A DNA stretch of 34,571 nucleotides, from assembly GCA_009923895.1 (NCBI GenBank), contig RFSP01000001.1:1-34571 (forward strand). The letters are read 5' to 3'. Position numbers and translations under genes: made by a program. Positions 28,360 to 34,571 of the stretch are shown here, piece after piece. A model generated the notes under the pieces. It worked only from the letters and a program-made list of their open reading frames with translations, was not told the origin of the DNA and did no database searches. Position 1 is the first letter of the stretch; each line of letters begins with the position of its first letter. Source of the DNA: Betaproteobacteria bacterium. Its GTDB lineage: Bacteria > Pseudomonadota > Gammaproteobacteria > Burkholderiales > Burkholderiaceae_C.

Positions 28360-29124
28360 TCAAAAACGGTAGCCAAGTCGGCCAGACACCGTGCGCAGGT
28401 CCGAGCTTCGATCGGCCTCCAAGGTGACATCAAAAAGGCCAAAGTTCAGATGCGCTCCGGCAAAGAGGCGCGAGGTGGAGAGATTTTCACCGGCCAATGC
28501 CGTGGACACCTGCGCGGTGGCGGCCGTGCGCAAGGCCCCTGCACCGATGTAAGGCGTCACCAGGGCAAATCCCTTGGACAAGGTCACGTCAAAGCCTGAA
28601 GTCCCCAAAGACAGCTGCTTCACGCCCGACAACCTTGTGGCATGCAAACGCAAACCCAACGCAGGCGTCACCGGTCCGCCCTCTATCAAGGCCCACCGCA
28701 ATTCCGCTCCCGACAATTGCGCGCCGGTCGCAGGCACCGTGCTCGCCATCACGCCCACATCCAGGCCCCACGGCCCTCCCTTGGCCAATCGCAAAGCCGG
28801 CACCGGCACCGCAGACGGAGATCCCAATCCGGCAGCCGCCTTGTTCCACACCTCGCGGTGCGCCAAGGTGGACCAGGACAAGGACGTGGCCACATCAAAA
28901 CCCGTCACGCCCAAAGGCGTGGCCGAAGCCAATCCTTTAAAGCTGGCAATGCCGCCCAGGTCTTGCGCCAACTGGCGGAATTCTGACTGGCTGAGCAATT
29001 GCAATGAGCTCAGATCGGCAGCCGATGCGGGGGATAAAACACCTCCCGCGACCCATGCGGTAGACAGGACACACACCGCAGAAGGTACGAAGCGGGCCCA
29101 TGGGCCCCGCGACATGCGTTTCAT
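28360..29124 (-). CDS. Hypothetical exported protein, probable outer-membrane beta-barrel
   Basis: Signal peptide ending ASA|AD; alternating hydrophobic beta-strands; C-terminal RLGYRF; ATGA overlap with the LysR gene. Confidence 0.7.
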   Translation of the reverse strand: MKRMSRGPWARFVPSAVCVLSTAWVAGGVLSPASAADLSSLQLLSQSEFRQLAQDLGGIASFKGLASATPLGVTGFDVATSLSWSTLAHREVWNKAAAGLGSPSAVPVPALRLAKGGPWGLDVGVMASTVPATGAQLSGAELRWALIEGGPVTPALGLRLHATRLSGVKQLSLGTSGFDVTLSKGFALVTPYIGAGALRTAATAQVSTALAGENLSTSRLFAGAHLNFGLFDVTLEADRSSDLRTVSGRLGYRF

Positions 29125-30047
29125 AAGGACTCCTTGTCTGCTTTGAGAAAGTTCCACAACGACTCGGCCACGGGTTTGACGTGCCGAGCCGATTCGGATT
29201 TTTCGCGATAAACGCGGATTTCCATGGTCAGCTCATGATGGCCCGCAGCCGAAGCGGGCACCAAACGACGTGATTTGAGCTCTTTGCGCACCGAACTGAA
29301 AGGCAAAAACGCCACGCCGTGCCCCTCCAAGGCCATGGCCTTCAAGCCCTCGGCCATGTCGGTCTCATAGATGGGATCCAAGGGGGGCATGTCTGGCGCT
29401 TGTTTGATGAGCAAATCCACCAGCCGGGCCATGTAAGCGCCGGCTGCAAACCCCAAAAATGGAACGGGCTGGTCCGAAGGACCATCCAGTCGAAACAGAG
29501 GATGGCCCGCATCATCGCCCCTCGCGTAAGGGGCCAAGGTCTCCCTGCCCAGGCTCAGCATTTCATAGCGCTGCGGGCTCAATTGCAGAGGCTGGCTGGC
29601 GTGGTGATAAGAGATGAGCAAATCACAAGCCCCTTCCACAAGGTGCAAGACGGCGTCATGCACGTTCAGCGCAATGAGCCGGCTCTTCACAGGCCCAAAG
29701 CCGGCCTTGAGCTCCATGAGCCAGTGGGGGAAAAAAGTGAATGCCAAGGTGTGGGGCACGGCAAAGTCAATCATGTCCAGCCCCCCCACCTGGTGGCTGC
29801 GCATCATGTTTCGGCTGGCCTGCAGCGCTGCCAAAATTTCAAGCGCCTGGGCATGCAAGGTTTCTCCGGCCGCTGTGAGCCGCGTCGGGTAGGAAGATCG
29901 GTCCACCAAATCCGTACCCGCCCACGCTTCCAGAGCCTGAATGCGGCGCGAGAAAGCAGGCTGGGTCACATGACGCAACTGCGCAGAACGCGAAAAACTG
30001 CGCGTCTCCGCCAAGCTGACAAAGTCTTCAAGCCACTTGGTTTCCAC
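29121..30047 (-). CDS. LysR family transcriptional regulator (HypT/YjiE-like)
   Basis: METKWLEDFVSLAETRSFSRSAQLRHVTQPAFSRRIQALE HTH; YETDMAEGLKAM. Confidence 0.93.
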   Translation of the reverse strand: METKWLEDFVSLAETRSFSRSAQLRHVTQPAFSRRIQALEAWAGTDLVDRSSYPTRLTAAGETLHAQALEILAALQASRNMMRSHQVGGLDMIDFAVPHTLAFTFFPHWLMELKAGFGPVKSRLIALNVHDAVLHLVEGACDLLISYHHASQPLQLSPQRYEMLSLGRETLAPYARGDDAGHPLFRLDGPSDQPVPFLGFAAGAYMARLVDLLIKQAPDMPPLDPIYETDMAEGLKAMALEGHGVAFLPFSSVRKELKSRRLVPASAAGHHELTMEIRVYREKSESARHVKPVAESLWNFLKADKESL

Positions 30048-30050
30048 AGC

Positions 30051-31859
30051 TCAAAGTGTAGCGGTGCGCTGCAAGGCCCACATCTGTGCATAACGCCCCC
30101 CCATGGCCAACAGCTGGTCATGGGATCCTTGCTCCACCACGCGGCCTTGCTCCAAGACCACGATCTGGTGCGCATCCACCACGGTGCTGAGTCGATGCGC
30201 AATCACCAAGGCCGTCTTTCCTTGCGCGGCGCTGCGCATCTCGGCTTGAATGGCCCGTTCATTGGCCGAGTCCAGCGCGGACGTCGCTTCATCAAAAATC
30301 AAGATGGGTGGGTTCTTCAGCAGCGTGCGTGCGATGGCCACCCGCTGCTTCTCTCCCCCGGACAGTTTCAGGCCGCGCTCTCCCACCATGGTGTCGTAGC
30401 CTTTGGGCGTTGAGGCAATGAAGTCGTGAATGTGCGCCGATCGTGCCGCTGCCTCCACTTGCTCTTTGGACGCCTCGGGTTGGCCATAGGCGATATTGAA
30501 TTGCACGGTGTCGTTGAAGAGCACGGTGTCTTGCGGCACGATGCCAATAGAGCGCCGCAAGCTGGCCTGCGTGACCTGTCGGATGTCTTGACCGTCGATG
30601 GTGATGGCGCCCGCCGTCACGTCATAAAAGCGATAAAGCAGCCTGGCAAGCGTGGACTTCCCAGCGCCCGATGCACCCACCACGGCCACCGTCTTGCCCG
30701 CAGGTATTTCGAAGGTGACCTCATGCAAAATGGGTCGAGCAGGGTCATAACAAAACGAGACCGACTCAAATCGCACCGTGCCTTGCGACACCTGCAATGC
30801 CATGGCTTGGGGACTGTCGTCCACCTCGCGCTCACGCTCCAAAAGGCCAAACATCTTGTCAAGATCGGTCAAAGCCTGCTTGAGCTCCCGATAAATCACC
30901 CCCAGAAAATTCAAGGGGATGTACAGCTGAATCATGAAAGCATTGATCATGACCAGATCACCGAGCGTCATGTGGCCCTGCACCACCCCCAGTGTGGCTC
31001 GCCACAGCATGGCCACCAAAGCCGCCGAGATGATGAGTTGCTGACCCGTGTTGAGCAAGCTGAGTGTGGTTTGGCTTTTGAGGGTGGCCTTGCGAAGCTT
31101 TTCCAGGCTCACGTCGTAACGGCGGGCCTCGAAATCTTCATTGTTGAAGTACTTCACTGTCTCGTAATTCAACAAGGAGTCCACCGCGCGCGCATGCGCC
31201 ACGGAGTCCAACTCATTCATGCTGCGCCTGAATTGGGTTCGCCACTCGGTGACCGTGATGGTGAACGACACGTACACCACCAAAGCACAAACGGTGATGC
31301 CCGCAAACCAGATGTCAAATTTCCAGGCCAACAAGCCCAAAACCATGCCCACTTCGATCAAGGTGGGAAAAATGCTGTAAAGCGAGTAAGAGATGAGGGA
31401 TTGGACGGCGCGCGTCCCGCGCTCAATGTCGCGGGTCATGCCGCCGGTTTGTCTCTCCAAATGAAACCGCAGACTCAGCGAGTGAAGGTGTCGGAACACC
31501 TCCAAGGAAATCGTGCGAGACGTCCCCTCCGTGGCCTTGGCGAAAGTCAACTCACGCAATTCGGTGAACAACGAGGTGCAAAGCCTCAGCCCCCCATAAG
31601 CCACCAACATGCCCACAGGCACCACCAGCGCCACCATGGGGCTTCCTGGCGGGATGGACAAACTGTCGACCAACTCCTTGAGCAACAGCGGCACACTGAC
31701 ATTGGCCACCTTGGCGCCCAACAGAAACGCCATGGCCAAGCCCACGCGCCAGCGATAGCGCCAAAAGTACGGCAGCAAGCGGCCCAGCGTGTGCCAATCG
31801 GAGCGTCGAGGATCTGCATTCGATGACAGCAGGGGCGGGCGTTGTGTGTGTGATCTCAT
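30051..31859 (-). CDS. Atm1/ABCB7-like ABC exporter (fused TMD-NBD)
   Basis: LSLRFHLERQTGG, DSLLNYETVKYFNNE, PLNFLG..YRE, GASGAGKST, LSGGEKQR, IFDEATS. Confidence 0.93.
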   Translation of the reverse strand: MRSHTQRPPLLSSNADPRRSDWHTLGRLLPYFWRYRWRVGLAMAFLLGAKVANVSVPLLLKELVDSLSIPPGSPMVALVVPVGMLVAYGGLRLCTSLFTELRELTFAKATEGTSRTISLEVFRHLHSLSLRFHLERQTGGMTRDIERGTRAVQSLISYSLYSIFPTLIEVGMVLGLLAWKFDIWFAGITVCALVVYVSFTITVTEWRTQFRRSMNELDSVAHARAVDSLLNYETVKYFNNEDFEARRYDVSLEKLRKATLKSQTTLSLLNTGQQLIISAALVAMLWRATLGVVQGHMTLGDLVMINAFMIQLYIPLNFLGVIYRELKQALTDLDKMFGLLEREREVDDSPQAMALQVSQGTVRFESVSFCYDPARPILHEVTFEIPAGKTVAVVGASGAGKSTLARLLYRFYDVTAGAITIDGQDIRQVTQASLRRSIGIVPQDTVLFNDTVQFNIAYGQPEASKEQVEAAARSAHIHDFIASTPKGYDTMVGERGLKLSGGEKQRVAIARTLLKNPPILIFDEATSALDSANERAIQAEMRSAAQGKTALVIAHRLSTVVDAHQIVVLEQGRVVEQGSHDQLLAMGGRYAQMWALQRTATL

Positions 31860-31900
31860 AGACGAAAGGCAGACTTCGAAGGTTTGGAGGACAATGGCAC

Positions 31901-32341
31901 ATGCCTCAAGATTCCGCCTCCCCGCAAAGCAGCTTGATGTCTCCGCTGCGATTGCCCGACGATCGGGAACTCGTGTTGCGCGTCATGCCCATGCCTGCCG
32001 ACGCCAATGCCAATGGCGATATCTTTGGTGGCTGGATCATGGCACAGGTGGACTTGGCCGGTGCGGTGTTGCCCAGTCGCATTGCCAAAGGCCGCATCGC
32101 CACAGTGGCTGTCAATGAATTCTTGTTCAAGCAACCCGTGTCGATTGGGGATCTCTTGAGTTTTTATGCCAAGGTCGAGCGCGTGGGCACGTCCTCGATC
32201 ACGGTCGATGTGGAAGTGTTTGCCGAACGCAATCCAGAGGCCCTGCGGGTGGTCAAAGTGACCCAAGCCCGCGTCACCTATGTGGCCATCGACGCCGAAG
32301 GCAAGCCGCGGCCTATTCCAAACCAAGGGCCAAAGGGCTGA
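31901..32341 (+). CDS. Acyl-CoA thioesterase (YciA-like hot-dog fold)
   Basis: MPADANANGDIFGGWIMAQVDLAG, F.QPV.IGD, VGTSS, TYVAID. Confidence 0.93.
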   Translation: MPQDSASPQSSLMSPLRLPDDRELVLRVMPMPADANANGDIFGGWIMAQVDLAGAVLPSRIAKGRIATVAVNEFLFKQPVSIGDLLSFYAKVERVGTSSITVDVEVFAERNPEALRVVKVTQARVTYVAIDAEGKPRPIPNQGPKG

Positions 32342-32370
32342 CAGCCGCCCAGAAGCTCCCCCCAAGCCAT

Positions 32371-33153
32371 TCAAAATTGGCTGAAGTCGGGTTTTCGCTT
32401 CTGGAAGAAGGCCTGGAAAGCCTCTTGGGCCTCCGGGCTGCGAAGCCGAGCACCGAAGAGCGCGCCTTCCTCGCGAATCGTCTTGAGGACGGCCTCTCGC
32501 TGCGGCGCGCGCATGAGTTGCTTGGCTTCGCGCACGGCCCCAGGCGGTAATGCGTTGAAGCGCAGTGCCACGCGACGGGCATGGTTGACCACTTCTGAGG
32601 CCGGCAGCACGGCATTGGCAATGCCACATTCCACGGCTTGCTCGGCGGTGAAAGGGTCCCCCAGCAGGAGCTTCTCAGCGGCCCGTCGATGCCCCATGAG
32701 TTGTGGCACCACCAGGCTGGACGCGAACTCGGGCACGAGCCCCAAGGACACGAAGGGCATGGCCAAACGTGCTTCATCGCTGACGTACACAAAGTCGCAA
32801 TGCAGCAACAAAGTGGTGCCAATGCCAATGGCGGCCCCAGTCACCGCGGCAATCACCGGCTTGTCACAAGACAACAGCGCTTGCATGAACTGGAACACAG
32901 GAGAGTCCATGGCATCGCTGCCTTGTCCTGGCGGACGGCTCATGAAGTCTTCAATGTCATTGCCAGAGGTGAAGATGCCAGGCTGGCCCGTGATGAGCAC
33001 CGCCCTGACTTTGCCCTCGGCCTGAGCCTCTTTCAGGGCCTGCGCCATGGCCGAGTACATCTCACGGGTGAGTGCGTTTTTCTTTTCTGCTCGGGCGATT
33101 TCTATGGTGGCCACACCGTCCAAGACAGCGAATCGGATATGGGGGCAAGTCAT
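32371..33153 (-). CDS. Enoyl-CoA hydratase/isomerase family protein
   Basis: KKNALT, FTSGND, KPVIAAVTGAAIGIGTTLLLHCD, PFVSLGLVPE. Confidence 0.93.
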   Translation of the reverse strand: MTCPHIRFAVLDGVATIEIARAEKKNALTREMYSAMAQALKEAQAEGKVRAVLITGQPGIFTSGNDIEDFMSRPPGQGSDAMDSPVFQFMQALLSCDKPVIAAVTGAAIGIGTTLLLHCDFVYVSDEARLAMPFVSLGLVPEFASSLVVPQLMGHRRAAEKLLLGDPFTAEQAVECGIANAVLPASEVVNHARRVALRFNALPPGAVREAKQLMRAPQREAVLKTIREEGALFGARLRSPEAQEAFQAFFQKRKPDFSQF

Positions 33154-33186
33154 TCGGTCTCCTTACACAATGAGGGGGCCTGCACT

Positions 33187-34386
33187 TCAAACACGCTCGA
33201 ACAGGCCGGCTGCGCCCTGGCCCATGCCCACGCACATGGTGAGCATGCCGTACTTGAGCTGATGGCGATGCAGCGCATGGACCACCGTGGCGGCGCGAAT
33301 GGCGCCTGTCGCTCCCAAAGGGTGCCCCAGTGCAATCGCGCCTCCCATGGGATTGACCTTGGACGGATCGAGACCCACGGTATCCATCACCGCCAAGGCC
33401 TGCGCGGCAAAGGCTTCGTTCAACTCCACCCAACCGATGTCATTGAGTGTCAACCCGGCGCGTTTGAGCACGGCAGGAATCGCCTCGATCGGCCCAATGC
33501 CCATGATTTCCGGTGGGACGCCTCGCACCGCAAATCCCACAAACCGGGCCAGAGGCTTCAAACCAAAGGTCTTCACCGCCTGTTCACTGGCGAGAATCAA
33601 CGCCCCTGCACCGTCGCTGGTTTGCGAGCTGTTGCCTGCGGTCACTGAGCCCTTGGCTGCAAACACCGGCTTGAGTTTGGCAAGGCCGTCCAATGAAGTA
33701 TCGGGACGCGCGCCCTCGTCGAGGTTGACCGTGCGTGTCTTGGTGATCACCTCTCCCGTGGCCAAATTGGGCAAACGGTCCAGCACCGTGACCGGGGTCA
33801 TTTCGGCGGTGAAGTGCCCATCGGCCATGGCCTTCAAGGCCTTTTGGTGCGATGCCAGCGCAAAGGTGTCTTGACGCTCGCGGGTGATCTTCCACTGCTG
33901 CGCCACCTTTTCTGCCGTCAAGCCCATGCCATAAGCAATGCCCACGTTTTCGTCGCGCGCAAACACCTCGGGATTGAACGAGGGCTTGTTGCCGCCCATG
34001 GGCACCATGCTCATGCTCTCAGCGCCGCCTGCAATCATCACATCGGCCTCGCCCACACGGATGCGATCGGCTGCCATCTGAATGGCCGTGAGGCCCGAGG
34101 CACAAAAGCGGTTGATGGTGACGCCGCCCACGGTGTGCGGCAGCCCCGCAATCACCATGGCCGCACGGGCCATATTGATGCCCTGCTCAGCCTCCGGAAA
34201 GCTGCAACCCACCACGGCATCTTCGATGGCTTTGGGGTCCAGGCTCGGCACTTGAGCCAACGCGCTGCGAACCGCAGCCACCAACAAATCATCAGGCCGG
34301 GTGTTTTTAAAGTAGCCCCGGCCCGACTTGCCGATGGGGGTGCGGGTGGCTGCGACGATGTAAGCGTCTTGTACTTGCTTGCTCAT
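33187..34386 (-). CDS. fadA: Acetyl-CoA C-acyltransferase (3-ketoacyl-CoA thiolase)
   Basis: INRFCASG, NEAFA, GAIALGHPLGATG, TMCVGMGQG. Confidence 0.95.
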   Translation of the reverse strand: MSKQVQDAYIVAATRTPIGKSGRGYFKNTRPDDLLVAAVRSALAQVPSLDPKAIEDAVVGCSFPEAEQGINMARAAMVIAGLPHTVGGVTINRFCASGLTAIQMAADRIRVGEADVMIAGGAESMSMVPMGGNKPSFNPEVFARDENVGIAYGMGLTAEKVAQQWKITRERQDTFALASHQKALKAMADGHFTAEMTPVTVLDRLPNLATGEVITKTRTVNLDEGARPDTSLDGLAKLKPVFAAKGSVTAGNSSQTSDGAGALILASEQAVKTFGLKPLARFVGFAVRGVPPEIMGIGPIEAIPAVLKRAGLTLNDIGWVELNEAFAAQALAVMDTVGLDPSKVNPMGGAIALGHPLGATGAIRAATVVHALHRHQLKYGMLTMCVGMGQGAAGLFERV

Positions 34387-34415
34387 GAATGTTTCTCCAC
34401 GCTCGATGTCCAGAC

Positions 34416-34571
34416 TCAATTGCGCACCGGCTTGCCGGTGGACAGCATGCCCATGATCCGCTCCTGGGTCTTGGGGTGTTCCAGCAGCGCACAAAAGCGC
34501 TCGCGCTCCAGGGCCATGAGATATTCCTCGTTGACCAAAGATCCCGCATCCACATCGCCGCCACACACCAC
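34416..34571 (-). CDS. 3-hydroxyacyl-CoA dehydrogenase/enoyl-CoA hydratase (FadN-like), C-terminal end (runs off window)
   Basis: Own translation VVCGGDVDAGSLVNEEYLMALERERFCALLEHPKTQERIMGMLSTGKPVRN*, a typical FadN-type C-terminus directly upstream of the thiolase. Confidence 0.85.
   Translation of the reverse strand: MVCGGDVDAGSLVNEEYLMALERERFCALLEHPKTQERIMGMLSTGKPVRN

Noticed and set aside
26075-28372. 765-aa plus-strand ORF and other long antisense ORFs (e.g. 10683-12140, 19457-20749, 30426-31826)
   Set aside because: Antisense shadows of conserved genes in high-GC DNA, with no recognisable motifs.

Overview
GC-rich betaproteobacterial chromosome segment; the protein sequences look like Burkholderiales, probably the Comamonadaceae/Rubrivivax-Ideonella group (inference). 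Almost all genes are on the minus strand. From left to right: (i) an acyl-CoA catabolic cluster (FadR regulator, two-subunit class I CoA-transferase-like pair, CaiB/BaiF transferase, Bug/TctC receptor, MaoC hydratase, partial crotonase); (ii) a PtpB-like phosphatase and a 61-aa membrane protein; (iii) the dcw cluster, in transcription order mraZ-rsmH-ftsL-ftsI-murF-mraY-[murD remnant]-ftsW-murG-ddl-ftsQ-ftsA-ftsZ-[NMT1/THI5-type ABC transporter]-lpxC; (iv) a Bcr/CflA MFS gene, rnpB, a 33-bp REP-like tandem array, htpX, pyrC, a putative beta-barrel, LysR, an Atm1-like ABC exporter, a thioesterase and beta-oxidation genes. The main observation is that the dcw cluster has cleanly lost murE and murC, with the flanking genes now overlapping stop-to-start. 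The murD slot holds an open 236-aa MurD-derived protein lacking its catalytic motifs, while murF, ddl, mraY, murG, ftsW and ftsI are intact. All three ligases that build UDP-MurNAc-tripeptide are therefore missing from the cluster, which points to a relocated or alternative route to the peptidoglycan stem peptide. Family assignments come from motif recognition and recalled family sequences; no searches were run.
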